Origin: Fidelibacterota bacterium UBA2242
GTDB lineage: Bacteria; Fidelibacterota; UBA2242
NCBI GenBank assembly: GCA_002347855.1
Contig: DDYE01000009.1
Location: 90,265-154,264 of the forward strand
Reading direction: 5' to 3'
Length of the DNA stretch: 64,000 nucleotides
Shown here: piece by piece, positions 18,596-28,174 of the stretch
Layout of the letters: every line of letters starts with the position of its first letter
Position numbering within the stretch: position 1 is the stretch's first letter
Notes under the pieces: model-generated
Told to the model about the DNA's origin: nothing
Databases searched by the model: none
The model's input: only the letters and a program-made list of their open reading frames with translations
Position numbers and translations under genes: made by a program

Positions 18596-21500
18596 TTATA
18601 GTCCAAATAAAATAGTTAAATAAGTCTGCCATTCTTTGCCGTAGCGATGAGCTTTTCCCTGGCGGTCTGTCAGATCGAACTGATCGAGACCATAGACAAA
18701 ATCCCAGCTGATAGCGGTTGGGTAAGCATAGAAGGAAAAGCCACTCAGGCGGAGCTGCACGCCGGCATCGCGTTTAAAATCACCTACTATCCGGCGGGTT
18801 ATTTTTAATGGATTTGTACTGATATCGCTCAACTGCACTTTTGGATACCCTCTAACTCCATTCCAGGCGTTTCCGGCTTCAATATAAAAACCAAGGAAGG
18901 CATTTTGCAAATTAAAAGATAACAAGGGAAAAGATTTTTCTCGAAAAAGCGGCACCCGCCAGGTATATTGTCCTATCAAGAGGTTGCGCCCTTCGATGCT
19001 ATAATAGGGATAGCCTTTTAATCCATCCAGCCCACCGGCAAAGAAGTAGAAAAAGGAATCAACATCCGGTTTGGAAATAAAGCCCCATCGCCAATGCAAA
19101 TTGCCCGTCAAATTCTTTATCAAAGGATATTTGTGGTACCAATCGCCAGTTTGTTCAATACGCCAGTAGTAGTTTTTACGAAAGTCCACATTGAGTGTGC
19201 TGTAGGCTTGGTTGGTACTAAAGCCGCGAATGAATTGGTCATAATTGCGGGCAACGAGCGTATTGACGACAATGCCGTTGTCGGGATTGGTTTCGGCATT
19301 GATACTTGGCAGAGTGGTATTGTGCTGCCATAGCATCTTAAAATTCAGTCCCCGATAGTAGTCGTAAGAAAAGCCATTCTGGTAAATAGCCTGAGAGGGA
19401 ATGCGTTCGTTGGTTGAGGTCCTATATTTAGCGAAAGAAACATCAAAACGAAGGCGATTGACGCCCGACACTGGCAGCGCCATTCCCAAATCAGCTTCGC
19501 TCAGATAATAGGTGTAATCCAGTTCAGCAGGGTAACTATTAATCGTTTCTTTTATATTCTTGATATGCCGACTAAGGTTATAAAGTTCGATGTAGAAAGT
19601 CGGATACCACTGGCGATATTCGAGAATAGTGAACAAGTCGCGGTCAAAGTATTGATTGACGGCGGCACCGCCGAAAATATTAAAGCGGTTGAGAATTTCT
19701 GAAGAATAAAAGTAGAACCCCGGTTTGGCTTTTTTATAATCCCACATTAGGCGCGGCAGGAAAAAAAGACGGGCAAACTGCTCCTTATAAGGTTCAGCCT
19801 GTGTCACAGTGACTTCGGGCGCAGGTAGGAGCCCGGGATTAGTCGCAGGTTGGCGATTGTAAGTGGCATTCTGTAAGTCGAGAGATTGTGGGTTTTTTAT
19901 CAAGCTGATTTTGAAAGCAGTGTCGTCAAAAAGCACATAGGCTAATTCGCCCGCGCTATTGACAGCCGGCATAAAAGCCCCGCCGAGGACATTGGTCACT
20001 AATTCTTTTTCGCCAGAAATCAGGTTCAGGCGATAGAGATTAAAAATGCCAGTCTCATCGGAAGAATAGTAGAGCCACTTGCCGTCGGGACTGAAGAAGG
20101 GATGGCGCGTATCGCAATCACTCTCATTCCGATAGATGATTGAGTCGCAACTCAGGTCATAAAGCGCTAAATTGCGTCCGTGACTGACTAAGTAATCGAA
20201 GGCAATTAAGCGTCCATCAGGTGACCAGCTGGCAGTAAAGACTTGGGTACCGTCGGTAAAATGAGTGAGATTGCGCTTGCTTTTATTTTCTAAGTTATAC
20301 ATCACCAGATTGGAAGTGCCATCGCGTCCCGTGATGTAAACTAATTCCTTTCCATTGGGTGCCAGGGCAGGGTTATATGCTCTGGCTTCTTTTGTCAAAC
20401 GTTCTTCTTTTCGGCGCCGCAAATCGTAGCGATAGAGGTCATAAAAAATTGAACCACGGCGATTAGGACGACTGGGACGGGAGTAGTAAATATAACGACC
20501 ATCGGGAGAAAGCGAAAGGCTGGAATTGACCCGCGCCACGAGGCGTTTAGTTTTGCCGCTGCGCCGGTCAAAACGAAAAAGCGCCGTCTGTGAAAAGTAG
20601 TCACGCCCTTCGTTGGATACATAATAAAGGCAGCTATCACCACTCCAGGTAGGATAAAACTGAGTGCTGCCTTTTTGCAGTAACACTTCGCCAGCGAAAA
20701 CGTGAGGCTTTATAAAACGAGTGAGCTCGGCATAATGCTTATCAAGATACTGCCCCCACTCTTGATAAAGCAGGTCGCCCGGAGAAGCCGTGGCGCCTTT
20801 CATTGCCGAGCTCACTGAATATTGGTTTGGTTTTGCAAGCTCTGCCGCCAGTTTTGAAAGAACATCAGTACCAAATCTGTTACTAATATAATATACAAAA
20901 GAAAAACCTAAATTGTAAACACTTTCGTTACCAATTCCTCTTTTTCCGAATGATCCCATCTCGGAAAAGGTCAATAATTTTTTATGCAAAACCCGATCAC
21001 GCAACAACATATCGCGGTGCGAGTCCCAGTAATCGTTGGGATTGCCAGGATACATATACTGCGCCATGCCTTCTGCCAACCACATCGGAATAACTAAACC
21101 CGGAACCGGGTAGGAACAAATAATTCTCGGATAACCGTAAATTACATCCTGTCGCTTTTCTTTTTCGTAATCAATCATTTGCAGGTAAAAGCCGGGGATT
21201 GCGCGCCCAAACTTCATGGCTTTCTGCAAGGAAACGATATGGGTAAACTCGTGGGTGATGACATCTCTTAGCCAGCTGTGACTGCCGCGCATCGGGAAAT
21301 CAAGAGGCGTTGCCCAGATTTCGATTTTGTTGTCATAGTAGTAAGCCGCTCCGTTAGAGATGTCGTCCGTATCTTTAATAATGAGCGCGGTTTTTTCGCG
21401 CGGCGCAAAATTATAAAAATTGGTAACCGGTCCATAAATAGCTTCGGCAATGCGGGCGCTTTCATAAGCCGTCCATTCCGTGCCTTCATGATAATGCACT

Positions 21501-21634
21501 TTGAAATGCGCAGTTTCAAAGGTCAACCATTTCAGCTCGGGATGATTGAATTCACTAAATTGGGCAAAAGCCCCCTGAAAGATACCTAACAGCAACCAGC
21601 AGAATAAAAAAAATTTATGCGGCGTAATAAACAT
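18596..21634 (-). CDS. Secreted zinc-metallopeptidase-like (HEFTH) protein fused to TolB/PD40-like beta-propeller repeats
   Basis: The HExxH motif is at nt 21239–21253, with a downstream Glu-rich MA-clan-like region. There are multiple SPDG(R/K)..Y PD40-like repeats. The start is taken at the Met that gives a signal peptide (MFITPHKFFLFCWLLLGIFQGAFA), whose ATG overlaps the upstream stop as TAATG. The 6-frame ORF runs to 21739. Confidence 0.6.
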   Translation of the reverse strand: MFITPHKFFLFCWLLLGIFQGAFAQFSEFNHPELKWLTFETAHFKVHYHEGTEWTAYESARIAEAIYGPVTNFYNFAPREKTALIIKDTDDISNGAAYYYDNKIEIWATPLDFPMRGSHSWLRDVITHEFTHIVSLQKAMKFGRAIPGFYLQMIDYEKEKRQDVIYGYPRIICSYPVPGLVIPMWLAEGMAQYMYPGNPNDYWDSHRDMLLRDRVLHKKLLTFSEMGSFGKRGIGNESVYNLGFSFVYYISNRFGTDVLSKLAAELAKPNQYSVSSAMKGATASPGDLLYQEWGQYLDKHYAELTRFIKPHVFAGEVLLQKGSTQFYPTWSGDSCLYYVSNEGRDYFSQTALFRFDRRSGKTKRLVARVNSSLSLSPDGRYIYYSRPSRPNRRGSIFYDLYRYDLRRRKEERLTKEARAYNPALAPNGKELVYITGRDGTSNLVMYNLENKSKRNLTHFTDGTQVFTASWSPDGRLIAFDYLVSHGRNLALYDLSCDSIIYRNESDCDTRHPFFSPDGKWLYYSSDETGIFNLYRLNLISGEKELVTNVLGGAFMPAVNSAGELAYVLFDDTAFKISLIKNPQSLDLQNATYNRQPATNPGLLPAPEVTVTQAEPYKEQFARLFFLPRLMWDYKKAKPGFYFYSSEILNRFNIFGGAAVNQYFDRDLFTILEYRQWYPTFYIELYNLSRHIKNIKETINSYPAELDYTYYLSEADLGMALPVSGVNRLRFDVSFAKYRTSTNERIPSQAIYQNGFSYDYYRGLNFKMLWQHNTTLPSINAETNPDNGIVVNTLVARNYDQFIRGFSTNQAYSTLNVDFRKNYYWRIEQTGDWYHKYPLIKNLTGNLHWRWGFISKPDVDSFFYFFAGGLDGLKGYPYYSIEGRNLLIGQYTWRVPLFREKSFPLLSFNLQNAFLGFYIEAGNAWNGVRGYPKVQLSDISTNPLKITRRIVGDFKRDAGVQLRLSGFSFYAYPTAISWDFVYGLDQFDLTDRQGKAHRYGKEWQTYLTILFGL

Positions 21635-24600
21635 TATTTGATGACGATAATTTTGATGATTTTTATGTCGGTCTGCGCTCCAACACTGGCTTTGACCACA
21701 GCGAAATAGACCCCGCTCTTTATCTCTCCGACATACCATTCTTTTTCGTTGAAATCACCACTGCGGGGATGATTGTCTTCGAAAGAAGTGATTAAGTCGC
21801 CGGCTAAGTCGTAAATATCGATGTTGATTTTGCACGAAGAATTAACAAAGTAACGAATAAAAGTACGATTATCGCGAGCCGGATTGGGCCAGTTAAAAGT
21901 CAATTCATGATTGAGCAAGCCCTTGGCATTTTTACCCGAGGTGATTGGTAAAACAGGATAAAAGTAGCGCCGGCTGGCATTGCCTCCCTGACAAACCCAG
22001 TCCGTGCTTGTCAGTGCCGCCGCCGCTAAGAGCGCGCCACCAATCTGGCGATAATCAGACTGCCCGATTGGCTGAGTGGCGCCCAGCAAAAGCTGTCCAC
22101 CGGCTGAATTGATTAAAATTCCCGAACCAGCACGCGGCTGGACAAAATTCAGGGGGAAATTAGCAATTAGTCTGCCCTGCTTGTTGAAAGCAACAACGCC
22201 CCTTTGGGTTGTCAGCAAAACGTCCTTGATGCCATCACCGTCAAGGTCGCTTAAACAAAGGTTGCTACTGAATTCGTCGCCTTTTAAAATGTTGGGCAAG
22301 CTAATCGGGAAATTGTATTTGAACTTTAAATCCTGGTTAAAAGCGTAAACCGCATTGGCGTCGTAGGCGATAATTTCGTTTTTACCATCACCGTCAATAT
22401 CCGCACAGGCTAAGTCACCGCTTAGAACGATATTCCGGGTGATGGTTTTTTGACTTTCATCAATGTCAAAAATTATTTCTAAATGTCCATTATAGTAATG
22501 AATTATATCAGGAAGCTCATTGCCGTCAATAAATGCCAGTAAATGTTCACCCTGACCGAGATTTGCCGATTGCCCCAGGGAAGTAATGCCGAAGGGCTGC
22601 GGCTGAATTCTAAGCAGCTCATTGGCGTCGGTGATGCCGTATAAAAAGGTAGAATCACCTAAAAAACGTGCGATAGGAGCAGACAAATACACCGATTGGA
22701 CGGAGGAGGATTGCGGCAAGTAATAGCCCAATTCGTATTGCTTGACATCCGTTGCCAGAACACAATATATGATGCCCTTGCCAATGGGAAGTGGTTGACC
22801 ATACAGGTTTTTTTTCTGCCAATTGGTCTGTGCTAAAACCTGCCATTTGCCGTTGGAATCAATCTGCCAGGTGGTAATAGTGAGGTCATCGCCCGGTTGC
22901 GGTTGGAAGCCGGTGATTTGAGAGCCATTAATGGCATAAGTCGTGTTGGCGACGGCGGTGGAAAGCAAATACCCTTCGTCATTGAATATATAAGCGCTAT
23001 CAGCGCAAACTAAAAAAGCGTCGGGAATCCTATTCATATTTAGGGAAAGTGGTAAAAGATGCGTGATAGTAGTCGGGAAATTGAGAGGAAAATTTTCCGG
23101 TGTAGTTGCTCGCCTGATCTGAAAATACATGACCATACCTGCCGGACCAATACTGTCAATGCTGACCCCGGTGTAAAGATAGGCGTTGGTAGTTGTAGCG
23201 GGATTAGTGAAAGGAGTGAAGCCCACATGTTGCGCGGCGTCGCGCGGATAATCAGGATTCAAGTGGAAAAAGCCTTCATTACCGGCAAACCACGGGTCGA
23301 AATACCAACCAATGTTGATATTTGCTCCTAAGATACCGGTGTCGTAACCTAAATCCTGTGCGCCATCACCTTCTTCGAGATCAACACCGCGGTAGTTGCG
23401 GTTGATATTGACTTGGTTCTTGGCGAGATTGCTTTGGATAATTGATTCGTCAATGTGCCAGATGAGGAGACCGGAACCGGGCAATCCGTAATCATATTTG
23501 GGAACACTAAGCATAACCCCTGTTTGGGGAGAAAAGACTGCTCGCAGGGAGTCACGCAGAAGCGGAAAAAGGGATGGCCAGGTTTGACTGGGGCTTTGTA
23601 GATAAAGCCGATATTGAATGCTATCTAAACTAACACCAGGTCGCACATGCGCACAGCGATTTTCGATTAAAAAGTATTCAGAAGCATTTAAAGTCACTTT
23701 CCAAATAGTAGTATCGGAACCGGATTCGATTTCAGGCAGGTGAATTGTAGCGCTATTCGGTGACTCGATTGGTTCTTCCCATCCCATGAAAAAGCGTTCC
23801 CAGGCAGATGGTACCGCGGGCACCAAGCCATTGAGGTTGGCTGAGCCCTGGTCCATGAGCCCAAATTTCCCAATACCGGTTGTGCCAGTCTGGGTATCGT
23901 AAAGAGCTGGTAATCCCAAATAAAACCCGAAAATAAAGGCGAAGGTACCATTTAACCCAATCTGGTATTCGCAAGGTGTTGCTGCTGAACCAAAAACTTC
24001 CTGCCAATTGTCAAAAAGCAGATGATTTTGCGTTTCCGGCAAAATTAGACCACGGTCGAGATGATAATTACCTTTTTCGACCGCAATACCGAAAAAATCA
24101 GGATCATCCGGAGCCAGCAGGTTTTTCAAGTCAGTGCGGTTAATGAAAACCGAGGGAATATCATAAGGCGTTGGATCGAGAAAAAGGTCGAAGTCCTGCC
24201 CGACCCCCGCGTGAAAAACGACCACTACATCATATTGACGGAAATCTACTTCAGAATCAGCAGCTTGGATAGCATCATAAAATAGCTCCGCTAAGCGTAA
24301 ATCAATCGAGTCTTTCTGTAAAAAAGGATGATAATAAGCCATCCGGTGCGGCACGGTATAGGTCGAATCGTCTTGTATGGGAAAAACCTGCGAATTAACT
24401 GTGTCAATGGTTACTTTGCCATGGGAAACTTTGGAATAGTAATTGTTTAACGCGCGCAAATGGTCAATGAAATAGGCGCGATTATGGGGCGGTGGATCAA
24501 TTACAAAATCAGAACAGGGTGTATTCGTGTCATTTAGAAATTGACCATTGCCAGTTGTTCCAGGGTCTGCATCGCTCGGAAAGCTGACTCGTAATGCGCA

Positions 24601-24738
24601 GATTTTCAAATTTGTAGTAGTAGTGACACTCGCACGGCTCTTTTTATGATAAAAGTTGGGTTTTATAGATTCGGCGCCCTGCGTAAGAGTCGCCAGAAAA
24701 GTCAGAACACTAATGAAGATTAAGGAGGATTTTGGCAT
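21634..24738 (-). CDS. T9SS C-terminal sorting domain cargo protein with FG-GAP/VCBS-like repeats and N-terminal peptidase-like domain
   Basis: The C-terminal ~88 aa (NWPNPARDNRTFIRYF..IDIYDLAGDLITSF..SGVYFAVVKA..KIIKIIVIK) match the Por secretion tail pattern. FG-GAP-like motifs are present (DIDGDGKNEII, DLDGDGIKDVLL). The start is taken at ATG 24738, which gives the signal peptide MPKSSLIFISVLTFLATLTQGA; the ORF extends to TTG 24777. Confidence 0.7.
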   Translation of the reverse strand: MPKSSLIFISVLTFLATLTQGAESIKPNFYHKKSRASVTTTTNLKICALRVSFPSDADPGTTGNGQFLNDTNTPCSDFVIDPPPHNRAYFIDHLRALNNYYSKVSHGKVTIDTVNSQVFPIQDDSTYTVPHRMAYYHPFLQKDSIDLRLAELFYDAIQAADSEVDFRQYDVVVVFHAGVGQDFDLFLDPTPYDIPSVFINRTDLKNLLAPDDPDFFGIAVEKGNYHLDRGLILPETQNHLLFDNWQEVFGSAATPCEYQIGLNGTFAFIFGFYLGLPALYDTQTGTTGIGKFGLMDQGSANLNGLVPAVPSAWERFFMGWEEPIESPNSATIHLPEIESGSDTTIWKVTLNASEYFLIENRCAHVRPGVSLDSIQYRLYLQSPSQTWPSLFPLLRDSLRAVFSPQTGVMLSVPKYDYGLPGSGLLIWHIDESIIQSNLAKNQVNINRNYRGVDLEEGDGAQDLGYDTGILGANINIGWYFDPWFAGNEGFFHLNPDYPRDAAQHVGFTPFTNPATTTNAYLYTGVSIDSIGPAGMVMYFQIRRATTPENFPLNFPTTITHLLPLSLNMNRIPDAFLVCADSAYIFNDEGYLLSTAVANTTYAINGSQITGFQPQPGDDLTITTWQIDSNGKWQVLAQTNWQKKNLYGQPLPIGKGIIYCVLATDVKQYELGYYLPQSSSVQSVYLSAPIARFLGDSTFLYGITDANELLRIQPQPFGITSLGQSANLGQGEHLLAFIDGNELPDIIHYYNGHLEIIFDIDESQKTITRNIVLSGDLACADIDGDGKNEIIAYDANAVYAFNQDLKFKYNFPISLPNILKGDEFSSNLCLSDLDGDGIKDVLLTTQRGVVAFNKQGRLIANFPLNFVQPRAGSGILINSAGGQLLLGATQPIGQSDYRQIGGALLAAAALTSTDWVCQGGNASRRYFYPVLPITSGKNAKGLLNHELTFNWPNPARDNRTFIRYFVNSSCKINIDIYDLAGDLITSFEDNHPRSGDFNEKEWYVGEIKSGVYFAVVKASVGAQTDIKIIKIIVIK

Positions 24739-24790
24739 CAGATCTTTTTTGATTTGAGGTATCGTTAGAGTGGTCAAACTCAGAGCATTA

Positions 24791-26014
24791 TCAGAATTTT
24801 ATATTAAGGGAAAACAACATAGTATTCTGCCGCGGGTGACCGGCTTCGCCTGCAGTGTAGCCGAAATCGAAGCCCAAGCCTGCCCAGCGTAAACCGGCTC
24901 CAAAAGTCGGCACCGGAAGATTATTTTTCATGACAATCTTCCCGATTTTGTCATAGATACATCCCACCCGAATGGCAAACAGGTCGGAATACCAGTATTC
25001 GATGCCAAAATTGTGTACTAATTTCTCGAATTCTCTTTTCAGAGAGCCGTCGTTGGTATTGCCGTCCTCATCGTTAGCACCTATGCCATCCGAAGCGGAA
25101 TCGTAGGTCAATAGCCAATCATCAATCCACGAAGTGAAGATGCCTTTGTACCAGTCATCAGAATAAGCCGTTTCGCGTTGTCCTTTTTTATTGTAATCGC
25201 CGCCGGCTATGCGATGACCATCGGCATCATAGCCGCCCACTTTGCCATCGCCGTCAATATCACGGTCAGGGTAAGAAGCCACGAGGAGTTTATTGACGTC
25301 GTAGGCAATGGTCACGCGGTTATATTCGCCGCCTAAGGTATAGCTGAGACCAAACTTAAGATTAGTTGGCATGGGGTCAGCCTGCGAAACATCGATAAAG
25401 GCGATTTTCGGTCCGATATTAGCAATCGTGGCGCCCATAGTCAAATTTCTTAACAGGAATTGCTTCTTTAGATAGCCGACATCAAAGCAAAAGTTGGTCG
25501 AAGTTCCCTTCCCTTTTTCATGACCGGCGCCGCGGTCGGTAAGATGTTGGTGAACCATTTTGACATTGACGCCTAAGGATGAATTGCGGGTCAGAGCTGT
25601 CCCATAGGATGCTGTTACCGCCATCATATAAGAGCTAAAATCTCCTAAATAATTGCCGCGCTCATCCATACGAGCTTGTTCTCCCAGGTTCATCAAAATG
25701 ATATTGCCACCCAAAGTCCCGACGTCTTTTAAAAATTGCCGATAGCTCACGAATTCGTAGTACATATCGGAAGCCAGATTTGGTAACCAGTTGGTATGCG
25801 TCAAACCGGCTTCGCGTCCCCGCAGGAAACCCAAGCCAGCTGGATTATAGTAGGTAGCGTAGGCGTCGTCGGTAAAACCGGCACCGGCTTCGCCCATACC
25901 GCAGTACCGTGCCCCGGGATTGATTAAAAGCCAGACCGCACCAGCCTCACTCTGGGAGTAAGCCATCAAAGTCATACTCAATATTAAAAGCGATATGCTC
26001 AAAAATCTATGCAT
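24791..26014 (-). CDS. PorV/PorQ/PorP-superfamily (FadL-like) outer-membrane beta-barrel
   Basis: It has a signal peptide, GARYCGMGEAGAG and YYNPAGLG motifs like T9SS shuttle proteins, and a C-terminal Phe (NIKF). A strong SD (AGGAGG) precedes the ATG. Confidence 0.55.
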   Translation of the reverse strand: MHRFLSISLLILSMTLMAYSQSEAGAVWLLINPGARYCGMGEAGAGFTDDAYATYYNPAGLGFLRGREAGLTHTNWLPNLASDMYYEFVSYRQFLKDVGTLGGNIILMNLGEQARMDERGNYLGDFSSYMMAVTASYGTALTRNSSLGVNVKMVHQHLTDRGAGHEKGKGTSTNFCFDVGYLKKQFLLRNLTMGATIANIGPKIAFIDVSQADPMPTNLKFGLSYTLGGEYNRVTIAYDVNKLLVASYPDRDIDGDGKVGGYDADGHRIAGGDYNKKGQRETAYSDDWYKGIFTSWIDDWLLTYDSASDGIGANDEDGNTNDGSLKREFEKLVHNFGIEYWYSDLFAIRVGCIYDKIGKIVMKNNLPVPTFGAGLRWAGLGFDFGYTAGEAGHPRQNTMLFSLNIKF

Positions 26015-26155
26015 CTATTCCTCCTGACAAACGAATAATATATTGCTCTCTAAATATACGCAAACGTTGATATATGTAGTACTATTGAAAAAAGATAGGT
26101 TGTAACAATTAGAAGATTGTCGGTCCCCCTGTGCTTATATGGTAAAAACAGGCGC

Positions 26156-26320
26156 TCAAAATTTCTGTGCCTCCTCGACAAGCATGATGGGAATATCGTC
26201 TTCGATTGCATATATTAATCGGCAATTCGAGCAGATTAATTTCTGATTTTCGGCGTCGTAGGTCAGTTCGCCTTTACATTGTGGACAGACTAAGATTTCG
26301 AGTAGGTCTTGACTTAACAT
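26156..26320 (-). CDS. Trm112/UPF0434 family small zinc-ribbon protein (54 aa)
   Basis: It is not in the ORF track because it is under 60 aa. I translated it as MLSQDLLEILVCPQCKGELTYDAENQKLICSNCRLIYAIEDDIPIMLVEEAQKF, which is a classic Trm112 sequence (LLEILVCP.CKG.L, C.NC...Y.I.DGIP.ML). Confidence 0.75.
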   Translation of the reverse strand: MLSQDLLEILVCPQCKGELTYDAENQKLICSNCRLIYAIEDDIPIMLVEEAQKF

Positions 26321-26411
26321 TGGTTTCCCATTTCTTTAATATCTAAAAGTCCTCTTTGCATTGCATAGTTTTCCTACCTGTAGAATGGCAAAAAGTTCCA
26401 ATTGATTTACC

Positions 26412-26861
26412 TTAATTGTTGAGTTGCGCGATATGGTCACGGAATTCATCTAAGTCCTTGAATTTTTTATAGACTGACGCAAAACGGATATAGGCGACCT
26501 CGTCAAGCTGCCGCAGTTTTTGCATCACTAATTCCCCAATCTGGCTGGAACGGACTTCACCGCCAGCGTGTTCTTCAATTTCTTTTTCGATGTCCATCAC
26601 CAGCATTTCAAGTTTTTCCCGAGGAATAGGGCGTTTATTACAGGCAATTTTGATACTATTGAGCAATTTAGTGCGGTCATACTCTTCGCGCCGACCATCA
26701 TTTTTTATGACCTGAAGGGGGTATTCGACGACATATTCATAGGTGGTAAAACGATGCCCACAATCAAGGCATTCTCGGCGCCGACGAATAGCATTATTTT
26801 TTTGCGCAGTGCGTGAATCTATCACTTTTGTATCTCGCGAGTTGCAAAAAGGGCACTTCAT
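26412..26861 (-). CDS. nrdR: Transcriptional repressor NrdR
   Basis: It has a zinc ribbon (MKCPFCNSRDTKVIDSR..C.DCGHRFTTYE) and an ATP-cone. Confidence 0.9.
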   Translation of the reverse strand: MKCPFCNSRDTKVIDSRTAQKNNAIRRRRECLDCGHRFTTYEYVVEYPLQVIKNDGRREEYDRTKLLNSIKIACNKRPIPREKLEMLVMDIEKEIEEHAGGEVRSSQIGELVMQKLRQLDEVAYIRFASVYKKFKDLDEFRDHIAQLNN

Positions 26862-26869
26862 AGACATAC

Positions 26870-28174
26870 CTATATTTTGATTTCTTGATATAAAGGAAAC
26901 TGTCTACAGAGCTCGAGCACTTCTTTCCGCACAGTCTTTTTCACATTCTTATCGTCAGGATGGCTAATGACTCGATTAATCAAGTGCGCGATATGTTTCA
27001 TCTCGTTTTCGCGCATACCGCGGGTTGTCATAGCGGCGGTGCCGATGCGAATACCACTGGTAACGAAAGGGCTTTTCTGGTCAAAGGGCACCATATTTTT
27101 ATTGGTTGTGATGCCACTCTCTTCCAGGGCTGTTTCGGCGGCTTTGCCGGTGAGGTTTTTATTGGTCAAATCTATCAGCAATAGATGATTATCTGTACCG
27201 CCCGAGATTAACTGAAAATCAAATTTGAGCAATTCCTCCGCCAGAGTCTGTGCATTGATAATAATCTGGCGGATGTAAGCCTTGAAACTTGGCTGAAGCG
27301 CCTCACCAAAGGCAACCGCTTTGGCAGCAATGATATGCATCAAAGGTCCGCCCTGAATACCTGGCATGACATTGGAGTCAATTATTTCTGACATCATCTT
27401 TAAGCGACCGGTTTTGGCAACAACCTGTCCGAAAGGATTCTCCCAATCGCGGCCCATTAAAATTAAACCCCCGCGGGGACCACGCAGCGTCTTATGAGTG
27501 GTTGAAGTAACAACATGGCAATAGGGTAAGGGAGAAGGATGCCAGCCCGCAGCTATCAATCCTGCTGGATGAGCAATATCGGCAACTAAAAAGGCGCCAA
27601 CTTCATCGGCGATTTCCCGAAATCGGGCAAAGTCTATCTGACGTGGATAAGCACTGCCACCAGCAATTATCAATTTAGGGCGATGCTCACGCGCTAAGTG
27701 CACCATCTGGTCAAAATCTATCCTGCCGGTTTCTTTTTTCACGCCATAGGAAACTACTTTAAAAAGCTTACCTGAAAAATTGACCGGGCTGCCATGAGTC
27801 AGGTGCCCGCCATGCGCTAAATCCATTCCCATTAGCGTATCACCCGGCGCGATTAACGAGAAAAATGCTGCCATATTTGCCTGGGAACCAGAATGCGGTT
27901 GCACATTGGCGTACTCAGCGCCGAAAAGTTTTTTCACCCTTTCACGGGCTAAATTTTCTGCCTGATCTACAGCATAGCAGCCGCCATAATAGCGTTTACC
28001 GGGGTAACCCTCGGCATATTTATTGGTCATTGTGCAGCCTGCAGCTTCCAAAACAGCCGGGCTAACGAAATTTTCGGAAGCAATTAATTCCAGAGTATAG
28101 CGTTCACGCTCTAATTCATTTTGAATTGCATTAAAAAGTTCGGCATCCTGCTGCTTAATGAATTTGTAATCCAC
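26870..28174 (-). CDS. glyA: Serine hydroxymethyltransferase
   Basis: It is full-length SHMT with the PLP lysine motif [12 protein letters not shown]. Confidence 0.95.
   Translation of the reverse strand: MDYKFIKQQDAELFNAIQNELERERYTLELIASENFVSPAVLEAAGCTMTNKYAEGYPGKRYYGGCYAVDQAENLARERVKKLFGAEYANVQPHSGSQANMAAFFSLIAPGDTLMGMDLAHGGHLTHGSPVNFSGKLFKVVSYGVKKETGRIDFDQMVHLAREHRPKLIIAGGSAYPRQIDFARFREIADEVGAFLVADIAHPAGLIAAGWHPSPLPYCHVVTSTTHKTLRGPRGGLILMGRDWENPFGQVVAKTGRLKMMSEIIDSNVMPGIQGGPLMHIIAAKAVAFGEALQPSFKAYIRQIIINAQTLAEELLKFDFQLISGGTDNHLLLIDLTNKNLTGKAAETALEESGITTNKNMVPFDQKSPFVTSGIRIGTAAMTTRGMRENEMKHIAHLINRVISHPDDKNVKKTVRKEVLELCRQFPLYQEIKI

Noticed and set aside
21634-24777. Both large secreted ORFs are listed as exactly 1047 aa in the ORF track.
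   Set aside because: This is a coincidence of longest-ORF calling. The biologically likely starts (ATG 21634 and ATG 24738) give 1,012 and 1,034 aa. The two proteins are unrelated in sequence.
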